From Cyanophora paradoxa CCMP329 (Eukaryota; Plantae; Glaucophyta), in assembly GCA_004431415.1 (NCBI GenBank), contig QPMI01000116.1:1-64000 (forward strand): DNA of 64,000 nucleotides. The letters run 5' to 3'. Made by a program: the position numbers and the translations under genes. Shown here one piece after another: positions 11,400 to 24,344 of this stretch; within the stretch, counting starts at the first letter, position 1; each line of letters opens with the position of its first letter. Under the pieces are notes generated by a model. It made no database searches, was not told the DNA's origin, and saw only the letters and a program-made list of their open reading frames with translations.

Positions 11400-14300
11400 A
11401 TGGAGCGCGCGCACACAGGGCGTGCACGTGGCCCGCGCGGGCGAGCGCGCTTCCCTCGCTCCAAAGCGGTGCGGTCCTCCGGGCCCGGGGATCCCTCGCT
11501 GCGGTCCACACTGCAGCTGCACATATACACTCGCCGCTCAGCGGCTGCGGAGTCAGTGAGGAAATCCGCTTTATTGCATATAATTACGTATATACACGCG
11601 TACGCACATGCATGCATATGCATGTACATGTAATTGCGGTCGCAGATCTTGAGCTTCGCGGCGCATGCTCTCGTCCCATTCAGCTTCTGTCTTGTTTTCA
11701 GCACCGTCTGCGCCCAGATGACGTTCATTGAAGCTGGTGCGGTGATCATGAGAATTTGGAATGCAAATGCACACTCTTACATACAGCGCGCGCGGCGGTC
11801 CGGTGTCGCGTCCGCACAACGCAGATCCGAGCGCGCTGTCTCTGACGTCGGAAACTGCCGCATCGTGCCAACTTTACTCGGACTACTGCACCATCAAGCT
11901 CTCCGGCACGAAGGTCGAAGCGCAGTGGAGCGGCAGCCCTTCTGGGCCCTTCGTTTACCTTTGCTCCGCATCGGCCGTGGCGACCGATGCGTGGTCACTC
12001 TCCTCGGGGCCGGCTGCTTCATGCTGGAGTTTACATGTGCGCCAATTCGGCTCTAATCTATACCGATATCCGTGCAGAGCCGTACGCGTGCACGTGTACA
12101 TGTCGCTGTTGCTTCTTCTGTGCTGCAGCGCTAGCTGGCTAATGCGTTGTGCAGGACGCTATCGACTGGAACCCTGGAGACCCCACCACGCTCGGAGTGA
12201 GGCTCCCGTCAAGTATTCCTAGCACCGTCTGTGGAGATGGCCTCACGTAAGGAACAATGTTTGAACGTAAGTTAACTTTAACCGTTCAGCTGCAGGACAT
12301 GCCCCGTCAAGTGGGTGGTTGCCTGGCCAAATCCGGATTTTACTTATTTCGTCGCTGCCCGTGGCTTTGTACTTGAGCCTGGTTAGTCCGATCAAAATAT
12401 TTGGAGCTTAGCATGCGCATGCCTTCAATTGAGCGTGGATTTCGCGTGCACGTGCGCAGCTGGTTTAAACTCTCTCGTAATCTTCAGCACCACAAGCACA
12501 GAGTGCACATCCGGCTTCGAATGCTTCATATCGCTGTCTATACCAGCCATTGCTGCCCTCTGCCCCGCTGGAGTGCATCACTTCAACTCGTCTACCTGCA
12601 AGTCCGTGCGTTCAAGCTTGCGTTTGCTCTCTTGATCTCAAAGCTTCTCCCTGGATTTGCAAATTTCTGCAGAAGTGTCACTGATGCAAAAACCTTCCAA
12701 TTGCGGGCAGCTGACACCTGTTTGGGTGCAAGTGACGCTGGGATTCTTGCGAGTGCCTTCCGGCACTTTCGACGTTGTCTGCAGCGGCGCAACCGCCAGT
12801 TGCACGGCTACCCTGGTTGCCAGCAGCCGCAGCTCTTGGGAGTCCGCCGAGCCAAATTCGCAAGTGACCAAATCGATTACGATTTACAGTGGCACCTCAG
12901 CAGGTAAGAGGAACGCGATTGATGTCGATTCTGTTCCTGCGCGCGATTCAACGCGACCTAATCAAAAAGGCGCGCATGCGCAGCCGGTTCATCCCCAAGC
13001 ATCCTGCAGGTGCCAGATTCCATGGGCGCCTATGGCGCCTCCATCTCGGTCCTGGGGACCCCACTACACCAACAATCAGCAACGTTCACTCTTTTCCTGT
13101 CGAGAACGGGTTATGCTGGCTCGGTCGAGATCTTCGTGTGCGCGCAAGCTTTCTACGACGAAACCACATGCGCTCCGGTGCGATCGCGAAGGGCTCAGCG
13201 GCGGCTGCGTCATGCGCGTCCATGCATATGCCCATGAGCCTGCTGCTGACTGCCAGACCAGACACTCCGTCCCTTCAAGTCCGCAACGAACGCGTTCGCT
13301 CGATCAGTGGGCGTGAGCGTCAGCGCATTCGACAAGGTTTGCGGCAGCAGGTAACTACATGCATTTTTAATGAATATTCAATCTCTTTGTAAATCTTGAC
13401 GCATCTGCAGTGCGAGTAGCTGCCCAGCGTATTGGGTGGTGAGATCCACCTCGGATCCCGCGAAGTTCGCTACGTCCAGTGCTAGCTTTGGATTGCAAAG
13501 AGGTAAGTTACCCATAAACTTTGATAAGCGCATCGCGATTCATGTCGAGGTCGCACTTATGCGAAGGTCGCAGGCTCGGAGCAAACGCAAGACGTTCAAT
13601 TCTTGCCCGGGACAAGCGAATCATGTGTGCTTGGGGCACAGGAGTGCACGCGCCAGTGGGCGGACGCCATCGAATACAATGCCTTCTCTGTGAGCTTGCG
13701 CATTTGCCCTGAGAGCGCGCAGCTGTCAACTTCCGGTTTAATCTGGATGCCATCGCCAGCCTGTTATTCCGTGAGTGAATGATCTCTCTCCTTTCCATGC
13801 ATATCGACTAGTAATCAAGCGATTGAAGCTGAGAATTGTGCCAGCTTAAGACAATCACGTATGCATCGTCTGCCACAACAATGTATTCGAGTGTATTGAG
13901 AATGCTGGTGGACAACATCACTCTCCCGCTGGACAGCCACTCCTGTGCCAGTTTGTGCGCTCAGATATAAATGCACAGCATCTATTGAAATTCTAATTGC
14001 AATTGTTAAGCAATTTCAATCTGACATTCACGGCAGCCCCTGCACACTGTTTTGGGTCGCGGAATCCTCGACAGGCTCCGTAGCATCACGCCCCGTCACT
14101 GTTTCACTGCGTGCGCTTTTCAGCACCTTCCCCTCCTCCTCCCCCCCCCCCCCTCCCCCCCGCCATCTCAGCCTCACCCCCCGCTCTCCACCTCCTCCCC
14201 CTTCTCAAGCCCACCAAGCCCACCCTCCCATCCTGCATTACCCCCCCCCCCCCCCCCCCCCCTGCCCAGTTCATTCATATCCCTCACCCTGCAGCTGCTA

Positions 14301-17300
14301 CACCCCGCCCATCCTTTATAATACGCCCCCCTCCTCCCCCCCCAAATCTTTTATAACACGCCCCCTCCTCTCTCTCTCTCTCCCCCCCCCCCCCCCCGCC
14401 CGAGCCTTCCTACCCCCACACCTTTCCCTCATCCCCCCATCCGCGTCCCTTGCGCCCCGCCTTCCTGAACTTCGTTCTTTCCGCGCACCAGCGTCTCTGC
14501 AGATCGTCAGTGGCGACACGTGTACGCTCGGCTCAGCCCCGTGCTCTGTCCAGCTGTTCTGGACCCCAACTCTACTTCCCATGCAAACTGCGCGAGCAAT
14601 TACTCTCAAGGCTTGCTCGCTCACGACGTCATACTGTTACACGGTGCGATTTCGCTCTTGCGATAATTGTAACTTGTGCTATGTTCTATAAATATTGATC
14701 ATACTATGACCTATTGCACCGTAGGGGTATTCAAACTGGCTCGAGCTTTACAGCGGCATGACTCTGAGCGCGGCCTTGCCGGGCGATCCATCAGTCTTCG
14801 CGGGCATCTGCAGCGCTCCCGCGGCTTCCGCGTGCGTGTGATATTATTCAGTGTGATTCTTATGTATGATATCTTGTTGATTCTTCCGAAGAGAATCCAA
14901 CTGCACCTTCGAGTGGCGCGTCGTAATCGGCGATGCGTCGTCGCTCGTCACGAAGGACTCGGTCCAGCGCACGTTCACTCTCGTCGCAGGCAGCAGCAGT
15001 TTCGGTTCGTGATCGATATCGTCGCGCTCGAGCGCGTAGAATGATTCCTTCCTCTGCATTTCCGCCCCCCCCCCCCCCCCCCCCCCCCCGCCCCCGCCCT
15101 TCCCCGGAACCCCGCTCCCTTCTCCCCTCCCCCCCCCTCTCCCCGCCCCCCCCCCCCCCCCCCCCCCCTCCTCCCCGTGAATGAGCGCTCGCATAGCAGG
15201 AGGGGGCGGAGGCGGGGGCTCCGTTCCTCCCCCTAGCGGACCCACAGCCACGCGTACGGTTACCCTGGCAGGTGATTGCAATTGCAATGGTCTATAGTCT
15301 GTACACTAAAATCCAGGCTTGCGCGGCGCAGATCCGAGCGTGCTCTCTCTGACGTCGGAGACCGCGCCGTCCTGCCAGCTCGACACGGGCTACTGCACCC
15401 TCAAGCTCGCCGGCACAACGTTCGGAACGCAGTGGACCGGCGGCCTGTCGGGGCCGACCGTCTTCATGTGCAACTCCTCGGTTAACGCGACCGGGGCGTG
15501 GCGACTCTCTTCTGGATTCGATTCTCTTCCTGTTTTATGCTGGAGGGTGCGCCGGTCTAACTTTAGTTGCATGCCACTCTAGTTGCATCGCTTTCATATT
15601 CACAATACGCTGTGCTCGTCTCGTCCTACAGGCCGCTGTCGACTGGTACCCCGAAGACCCGACGACGCTCAGAGTGATGATGAACGCGTACGGATCTGCT
15701 ATTGTCTATGCCTCTACCGTGTGCAGGTCCAGCCCGACGTGCGTACGCGCGCTGTAGCTACCTATCGCTCGGGGTTTGCGTGCTTTTCATTCGGCAACCC
15801 ATTTCATAATTTGTATACGTAAATGCAGGTTAGACCCATGGAGTAATAACGATCAAATCACGTCATGTCCGGCCCAGTGGGTCGTCGGCTGGCCTGTACC
15901 GAACGCTCTCGATACGTTCACCGTGGCGTCTCGCACGTTCGAGCTGCAAGCCGGACCTGGCTTTGGTCAGTGGGGTGGGGTGCTTATAATTAGGCAAGCG
16001 AACATATGCATTCATCAATCGTCCACTTAAGCTTGTGTATACACGTACAGCATCTACATTCCGATCGATCTTGGAAACCACGAGCTCGGAGTGCACGTCT
16101 GGCTTTGAATGCTTTGTAGCCTGGACGCCGGCGACGCAACAAGGATCCGTCGCGCTCTGCCCTGCGGGGGTTCAGAAATACAACTCGTCTACATGTAAAG
16201 CCGTGCGTAACCTTTGTTATATATCCGATTTACGAATTGCAACGAATCCCGCCGCTGCTCGAGCAACAGCGAGTGCCTCACGATCTTGCAGTTGACCCCT
16301 GCTGGTTTAGTTGTGTCAGCGGGATTCCTGCGAGTGCCTTCCGGCACATTCGACGTTGTTTGTAGCGGCGCCAGCGGAGGCGCCAGCTGCTCTGCAAACT
16401 TGGTTGTCCTCCCTGGTCTGCAATAGGATATATATATCGCATGTGCCCAGCGAATATCAGCTCACAAGCTTAAGTGCATCGCTGTTCTCAGGTATGACAT
16501 GGGAGTCCTCTCAAAATTTTGCAGACTGGCAAGTCAGCAAACCGATCACTCTCTACAGCGGAAACTCGGCGGGTATATATCCACACAATAATTATAACAC
16601 GACCGCGTAAAACTCTTCGCACATTGAGACGGGGAGCTGACCATGGATTCGGACGTTTACGCGCGCGCGCATGCGCAGCGGGTTCATCCCCCATTATTCT
16701 TCCTGTGCCAGAGTCTGCTGGCGCCGGATCCGGAGATTCGGGCGCTTCAGTGTATGTATTCTCAACGTCCAATTACCTGTTCCTGTCGAGATCTGGGTAC
16801 GCCGGATCGGTCGAGGTCTTCGCGTGCCGTCAAGCTTCCTTCGAGGGAGCGACCTGTGCTCCTGTGCGCTCGTCTACAAATATCAAATATCCTATCATAT
16901 CATATCCTTCCATATCATATCATATCCTTCCATATCCTACAAACATCATCGATTGATAATGAGTACTGACTGTCGCATCGCCGACAGGCACTTCGCCCAC
17001 CAGCGCTCGCGACAAACGCCTTCGCACGACCGGTTAGCTTGACCGGCGGCGCGTTTAACACGCTTTGCGGCTTCGGGTAAGAATTCTTCGAATATTTTAT
17101 TTGCAGTATATACCGTCTGATCATGATGACCTCTTCTGCAGGGTTAGCTCCTGCCAGGCACATTGGGTCGTGAGATCTACGTCGGACCCCTCGAAATTCG
17201 CGACATCCGCATTCACCCTTTCATCGGGTACCGGTTTTATAAAGCTCCGGATCCGGTTTAGCCCAGTGATCAAGATCTCGACTAATGCAACTTCCGCGCG

Positions 17301-20300
17301 CGCAGCCCCGTCTGGATTGAATGACATCCAGTTCTTGTCCGGAACCGCCGATTCGTGCCTTCTCGGGGCGGCGCAGTGCAGCCTGCAGATTCAGGAGTCG
17401 TACGCCATGACTCAGCTGCAGCTTTACCTGTGCCCCGCGCTCGCACAACAATCAACATCCGCGCTGATTTGGAGATTGGATTTCTGTTACAGTGTTCGTA
17501 TTTCAAATTTTGTACCCATCGCTGTCGATTAAATTAATTTTAATTTAATCTATTTAATTTAATTCTATTAATTCAAATATATGCGCAGGTGCCTTCTATT
17601 TTCTTTGGCGACTCCAGCTCGATGCCGGAGGCGACCCCGAGAATCGTGACCACCAACATCACTCTTCCGCTCCCAGTGTACAATTTAGAACCTACCTCCT
17701 GTTCTGGATCGTGAGTTTGCATGATTCGTGCTGAATAAGACGCACACTCAAAAACTCATAATGCGCGTGCTGCAGCTCTTGCTCCCTTTATCTGGTGGCA
17801 ATTTCATCCCGCTACGTAGAAATGAGATCCATTGCGTCACGCCACATCACCGTTTCTCTGCGTGCGTGTGAAGGCTCCAGACCCGCAAATCCATCCCGTC
17901 CGCGGACTGCACGACTCGAGCCCTATAGCCAATCTTAAGCTTTCTGCCAGCGTCTTTGCAGATCGTCAGCAGCACCACATGCGTGACCGATACGCCGTGT
18001 TCCGTTGAGCTGCGATGGACTCCGCCTCTTCTTCTCATGGCAGATTTGTGGCCAGTGTCTTTGCAAGCTTGCTCGCTCACATCATCGTACTGCTATCAAG
18101 TGAGAGCCGAGCTATAGCTATGGATCGAGCGCTATCTAAATCAGAATTCGAAGCGGTATCGCATCGTTGACCAGTGTCCTGCAGGGATATTCTTACATGG
18201 GCCCTCGCCAGCTCAACGAAGGCATGTCCCTTCAAGAAAACGTGCCGTCGGGGAGTTTCTACAGCATCTGCGACAGCTACTCGGGCTCTCCGTACGTGAC
18301 GTGCTATTGGATATATCTGCAGTGGCGCTGATCACGATCGTCGATCTCCCGGACGCGTTCACAGAGTCTCTAGCTGCAGCTTCGAGTGGCGCGTCCACGT
18401 TGGCTCATTTGGGACGACACCGGCGCTCACGTTGAAAGACTCGGCCCAGCGGACGTTTACTTTGGCCGCCGGCAGCAGCTATGGTTCGGATGATTAAAAT
18501 CATTGAATAAATCCTCCGCGCGTGCCCTGAGCGCGCGCCCCTGCGCCGGCGCTGCCCCTGCACAGGAGGTGGAAGTGGCGGAGGGCTGACGCCGACGCCG
18601 CCGCCGCCGTCGAATCCGAGTGGGCAGTGCGCGAACACGAAGCCACCGGAGAAAACCTTCACCGGCACGTACCAGGTACCCAAGCGACCAGCCCGCCGCC
18701 GTCGGCCGCGGCTTGAAAGCTTTAGCTTCATTTCTAATATGTACGCGTAATCTATAGCTTTCCTGCCCCGATTCGCTCACGCTGAACGTGCGGGATGAGG
18801 GCGTGACCCCGCCCGGCTTCGACCGCCCCGTCTGCGCCATTCGCATGCCTGACCTGCGTTTCTTCATCCAAGGTCCGTCAGAATTCTTTTTAATCTAAGC
18901 TGTTGCTACAATGCTGTTTCTTTGTTTTCGATTGTTTCATCGCGGCGCAGGCAACTGGAGCAGCGGCATCGCGCTACAGCAGACCCCCGCGAGCGGCGAG
19001 ATTCTTTACCCCTCGTTCTCCAGCCCGAGCAACCCGCTGTGGGGCGCGGCGCTGCCCGCTTCATCCGCGGGCGTGTACCAGGCCGCCATTACCGTGTTGA
19101 ACCCGACTGGCACCGGGCCCGTCGGTTCGTGCAGCTTCCCAATCAACGTGGTCGACTCGCGGGGCCCATGCCTCTCCGGCGCCTGCCCACCGCCGCTGCG
19201 GCTGCTTCCGGCCACTCCGGAGCAGTTCTGCACGACTCCCTTCCCCGATCTGCGCGCCGAAATGAACCTCGCGGGCGCGCAAGGGACATGCCTGCGCCCC
19301 CACTCCATCACGCCCGAGAGCTTCGCGCAGAGCCCGGATCCAACTGGAGTGCGCGCATATGCGTGGATTTTGCGTGTTTAATTTCCGGATTGTAACGCGC
19401 GCGGTACGACTGCAGAGGACCATCTACCTCGGGACGGCAATCGACGTCGCGCTGTCGTCCCCAGTCTTCCCCCAAGGCTCTCGCTGCCCCGTCAAGGTGG
19501 CGGTGCGGACCTTGCAATTGAAGTCTTGATATTTGATTAGTAATATAAACTACTGCCTACTTTTATAATTATACCCGGCCGACTCCAAATTAAATCCGAC
19601 CATGAACTAAACCACGAGCCGCATTCGCACGCGCAGATGTACCGCCCGAGCGCGCCGCGGATCGCCACTCTCACACCCGCCACGTCGGACCCGCGCGGGT
19701 TTGCGGCGGTTGGCGTTGGGCCGGGAAGCAGCTTCGCAGCGACCGCGCTCACGGAATTCGACCTAATGTGCGCATACGCGTGCTTGCGCCTAGCTATGGG
19801 TTCGCCCTTTTAATTGTGCGCGCATCGCTATTTCGCGCAGGTTCACGATGTCGGACAAAACGTGCGGCGACAGCGCGCTCAGGCACAGCTGCAATCTCCG
19901 GCTCACGTCCAACGACCCGGCTATTCTCCCGAACGGCACGCTCGCCTTCCCCGGCGCCAACGGGGCCCAGGCGTGGAGCATGGGTGTCATGTTCTCTATG
20001 GACGACTACGACCCGCTACTTGCACTTGGCGGCTTCAATGTCAAGCTGTCGCCAGCGGTGCCCCAGAGCGTCTACGACGGGTGCGCCTGCTCCGTGCAGA
20101 ACTTTAAGACTTAAATTTATAAGCTTGTCACTTCGAATTCCGGATCCTTACTAGATGGCCGCTGTGCAGGGCCGCCAACGGGACCGTCTTGCGCACGTAC
20201 AGAGCCCTCGCGGCCTGCGCGTTCAACAAGGGGCTCGACCCCAACGTTCCAGTCTACCGCTCGTTCTTCTCCTGGCGCATTGATCTCGTGAAGAACCCGC

Positions 20301-20407
20301 CGGAGCCGTCCACTCCGCTGCCGACCGATCTCGGCGCCCTGGCCCGGAAGAGGAGCCGGAAGCTGGCCAGCTTGGAGGAGGAGGAGCTCGAGGCGGCCGG
20401 ACTCTAA
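11400..20407 (+). CDS. Very large secreted Cys-rich repeat protein (signal peptide, two duplicated multi-domain modules, HYR-like domains, basic-then-acidic C-tail); roughly 40 exons
   Basis: Signal-like MERAHTGRARG...ILSFAAHALVPFSFCLVFSTVCA|Q. Exon-for-exon paralogous modules, e.g. DPSALSLTSETAASCQLYSDYCTIKL (11825) vs DPSVLSLTSETAPSCQLDTGYCTLKL (15331), ECTSGFECF x2, GFLRVPSGTFDVVCSGA x2, WVVRSTSDPxKFATS x2. HYR-like QQTPASGE...GSCSFPINVVDSRGPCLSGACP...FPDL. Ends RKRSRKLASLEEEELEAAGL*. Start codon uncertain. Confidence 0.8.
11825..18480 (+). repeat. Intragenic tandem duplication of a ~3.5 kb module (~11825-15270 and ~15331-18480)
   Basis: Matching exon series with conserved intron positions but diverged intron sequence. 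Confidence 0.85.
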
Positions 20408-21679
20408 ATATAGTTACACCGATCGCCGAATGTCGATGCCGATGTCGACGTCGACTCAAGGATTCTGGGAACGCGCAAGCCAGGAAATAGGGCGCAGCTG
20501 CAGTTACGTATACAAGGCGCAAGCTGGCACTTCTGTACTCTGATTGATAGGATCTTCGCGCACGCGACTGGCGTTGCATTCGATCCTGCTTCTTTCGATG
20601 TTATCGTCTATTGAACGTTAACGATTGAGAATGCTTATTTCAAGTTTAATTTCGAATCGATATCGAGTCGTTAAGCTCGTGAGCGCCGGTGCTGGCCATG
20701 GTTCCAGGGCAGGGGGCGGCGCCGCCCATAGCCAACGTTAACCGTTCCTCTCGGGGGACCCTCTGGCGGCGCGTACGAATACCCCCATTCTCCCGAGCGC
20801 CCCTGCGCATGCGCACCCTCGGGCCGATAATCAGGGGCTGATTTCCTGGGGTACTACGTAAACAAGATCCCCTGGGAGCGCATCGGCCCGGGTACGCGCA
20901 GGCGGCCGGCGCCGCCGCCGCCGCCTTCGAATTCGAATCCGCTGACGCCCCGCGCAGAGTTCCAGGCGCCGCGGGTACGCGGGGGGTAGCAGAAGTGGAA
21001 GGAGAAGGGGCCCGGGCCAGGGCCTCCTCGAGGTTCACGTCACGTACGAGCGCAAGGTGCGCCCCCCACCCCGCCCGCACCCGCACCCGTACCCCCCACC
21101 ATGCAGCTGACGTCACTCGCGCCCCTCCGCGCCCTACGCCTGCAGACGTTCGAGTCCTTCGCAGAGAGCCAGAGGCTGCGGAGCGTGGCGGAGCGAAGAC
21201 GACGGAGATGGTGCGCGGGGGGCTGGGCCGGGCCGGGCCGGGCCGGCCCGGCGGCCGCGAGACATGTACAGGAGCATTAACTGGCGGCCTTAAATCTAGT
21301 CCCCCCTTCAACCCCTAGGCCTTCGGCACCGCCGACGTCTACCTCGTCTTTCACGTGCACCCGGGCCGGGCCGGGCCGGGCGGGGCCACGCGGGTTGCAA
21401 TTGGGGCTGGAGCCGACGGGGCCTCGTCATATGTAAGACAGGCCCCGGTCACGGCCGCGAGGCCGCGCGCGCGCTCTCTCTCAGGTGAACGACGGGAACC
21501 GCATCACTCTGCCTGCCTAAGGCTGCTCTCAACGAGCGCAACGGCGAGCTCCGAGGCTCTGCCCCGTCTTCGGCCAGACCCCCGTCTTCCTCGTGCCCTC
21601 CAACAAGGTCCCGATCTAGAGGACTAGATTAATATGTAAGTCCACTCCCGTCCTCCTCCGCAACAACAAGCCGGTGAAG

Positions 21680-21900
21680 ATGACAGAAAAGATGGCCACC
21701 GAGCTCTTCATATGCCTTGGCGTCCTCTTCGGGGTCGTCCTCTTCATGTGCATCATCATCTGCTGCTGCAGGGCAGCCGCGAAGAGGGCCGCCGGGCGCG
21801 CGCGATCGAGCTACCATCCTCGCTCGACCTGGAGCGAGCCGCCAAGGTCGCATCGTTGCCCTCGGACGTCGCGGTCGTCTAGGTGTAAAGAAATGAACGC
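21680..21900 (+). CDS. Short ORF with a single TM helix followed by a Cys cluster and basic residues
   Basis: MTEKMATELFICLGVLFGVVLFMCIIICCCRAAAKR; 3' extent unclear, abuts the duplicated dynamin segment. Confidence 0.5.
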
Positions 21901-22009
21901 GCGATCTATCTCATACCTCGGCGCGTCCCGCCTATCGATCCGATCGATCCGATCGCTCCGATCTATCTCATACCTCGGCGCGTCCCGCCAAGCGCTACGC
22001 CGGCGGATG

Positions 22010-23825
22010 GCCCCCCGTCGGTGCGGGCGATCGACCACCCGCACGACCGCGCCAAGGTCGCCGTCGTCAGTGCGCCGGCCCCCGCCCCGCCCCCGCCCCC
22101 AAAATCCTTCCGGTCTAGACCCCAACGCCACGCCACCCCACCCCGCCCCCACCCCTCCTCGCCTCAAGGAGCCGGAGGGCGCGGCCCGCCGCCGCGCCGA
22201 GCTGCGCGCCCGCGCCGCCGCCCTCGCCCGCGCCGCCGCAGTCCTCGCCGAGGTCCGTACTGCCCCCGCCCGGCCCCCGCGGATTAGGTTTAAACCTCTA
22301 AAAGAGGAGGATTTCGGCTTTAGAGCCGCTTGTTATCGGCTTAGAGAGCTCGCCACCTTCTAAAGCTCGCAAGCCGAGGCTGAGGGCCTCTCCTTCGGAG
22401 CGCTCCAAGCTCTCTGAGTGCCCTATAAAATAAAATACAAAGCTCGCCACCTTATAAAATACAAATCTCCAATTAGAAGGAGCTCCAAGCTCTCTGATTG
22501 TCCCCGGGCTTAACTTGGGGCGCGCAGGTGGGCGAGACGCACGTCGACGACTTCGTCCGCGCCGCCTCCGCCCGCGGGTGCCCCCGCCCCGCCCCGCCCC
22601 GCCCCGCCCCTGCTCAACTACCTCCGCGAGGCCTATCCTAGGCAGTCTCGCCCCCGCCCCGCCCCGCCCCCGCCTCGGCTAGCTCCTAGCTCCTAGCTAG
22701 CCTAGCCTGGCCTAGAGAGCTCCTGGGGTGCCCGCCTCGCCCGCCCCTGCTTAACTAGCTCCTCGAAGTCTCGAATCCGGCTCCTCAACTCATAGCTAGC
22801 CGAGCCTGGTCGCGGCCTTGAGAGTCTGGCCTTGAGTGCATCTCACCTCGGGCTCCCTGTCACGGCAGATCGACCGGGATGGGCGGCGCGGGGCCCTCGA
22901 GCTCGGCCCCCGGCGCCGACGGCCCCTTCGGCTTCCGCCCCCTGCCGCCGGCGCCTCCGACGGGGCTGTACCCCCCCGTGACCACGGGCGCGGCCTTCGC
23001 GCCGCCGCCCGTCTACTACCCCCCGCAGCCCCAGCCGCAGCCGCAGCCTCAGCCGGCGTCGCCCTGGGCGGCGGCGGCGCAGGCGCAGGCGCCGATGCCG
23101 TCGGCGGCCCCGCGCCCCGCGCCGGCTGCGGCCCCGGCCCCGGCGCCGCCGGCCTCGGCGCCGGCGGCAGGGCGGGGGGCGGCGCCGCCCAACCCGTTCC
23201 TCTCGGGGGGACTCTCGGGCATGCTCTCGTACCGGCCGCCCCCAGCCGTCGCCGCCGCCGCCGCCTCTGCCGCCGCCTCTGCAGCCGCCGCGGCTGCTTC
23301 GGCCGTCCCGCGCCCGACGTCGGCGCCCGGGCCCGCCTCCCCAACGGCCGCCCCGCAGCCGCCCCCGCCCCCGCCCGCGCGGTGCGTCGTCATCTCGGCC
23401 CGCTCGGCTTGCTCGAGCTCTGCGGCTCGGACGGACCGGGGCCCTGTCCGCAGGCTGGCCCGCCGGCGCTGCCCTCGATCCGCGCATCGCACTCGGCCCG
23501 CGGGGCGCGCTCGCCGCCGGCGGCCACGGGCGACGGCGACGGCGGCGGCGGCGAAGCAATGGCCCCGCCCCGCGGGGCGAGCGCCTCCGCCCACTCCTCG
23601 CCCCGCCACAGCCCGGTGCGCGCGCTCAGATCAGGCTCAGATCAGATAGATCTGATCCGATCCGATCCCGCAGATCCCGGGCGCTGGCGCCGGCGCCGGC
23701 CCCTCGGCGGGGGCCCAGCAGGGGCCCGTCACCCCACCCGCGAGCGCGGAGGGGCGGCGCCCGCCCCCTCCCTTCTCCTTCGCCCGCCAGCCCGCGGCCG
23801 ACCCGAAGAAGTGACGCGGCGCAAG
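22010..23825 (+). pseudogene. Duplicated 3' end of the dynamin gene (partial GED plus Pro-rich tail)
   Basis: High identity to 5690-8335 including introns; lacks the segment equivalent to ~5970-6740; identity ends 11 nt after the stop (gtgacgcggcgcaag). Confidence 0.85.
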
Positions 23826-24344
23826 CGCTAGCTTACGCTTGGTTCTCTTGTAAAGACTTGAATCGCACGGGTGCACCTGGACATGTACGAGCGGACTCAA
23901 GATCAGATCAGATCAGACTTGTACAGAAAAGTGAGCAGATATCGATCAAGATCGGAGGTGAATGGTATGTGACAAGATCTAGAGGCCGGATGCTAGCGCT
24001 GGCCATGGATGACAAGCCGCTGAGCTTATATGATTAATGCCTATAGCTATAGCTAGCCTATAGCTAGCGAGCCTCGGAGCCCAGGCCCTCCTGATATCAT
24101 CACATGCATGATCATGATCATGATCGAGCTGCAGCATGCAGGCTAGCGCTGCAGCGCTATAGCTAGCGCGCGCTAGGTAGCTATAGCCTAGTAGCGGCCA
24201 GGCATGCGCGCAGGTGCCGCGCGGCGCCACGCGGCGCCGCGCCGGCCGGCCGCGCGCGCATTACGCTTCAGGAATTCGAACTCTGGAAAAAAACACAAGA
24301 GACGTTGTGGAGGGGTACGTGCTCCAGTCTGTCGTTGCAGAGAG

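Noticed and set aside
13945-15190. Polyproline ORFs suggesting pherophorin/extensin
   Set aside because: The poly-C runs lie inside introns and are absent from the equivalent positions of the duplicated module.
20700-21320. hAT-like right end (...ccccccttcaaccccta)
   Set aside because: No matching left TIR or TSD found.
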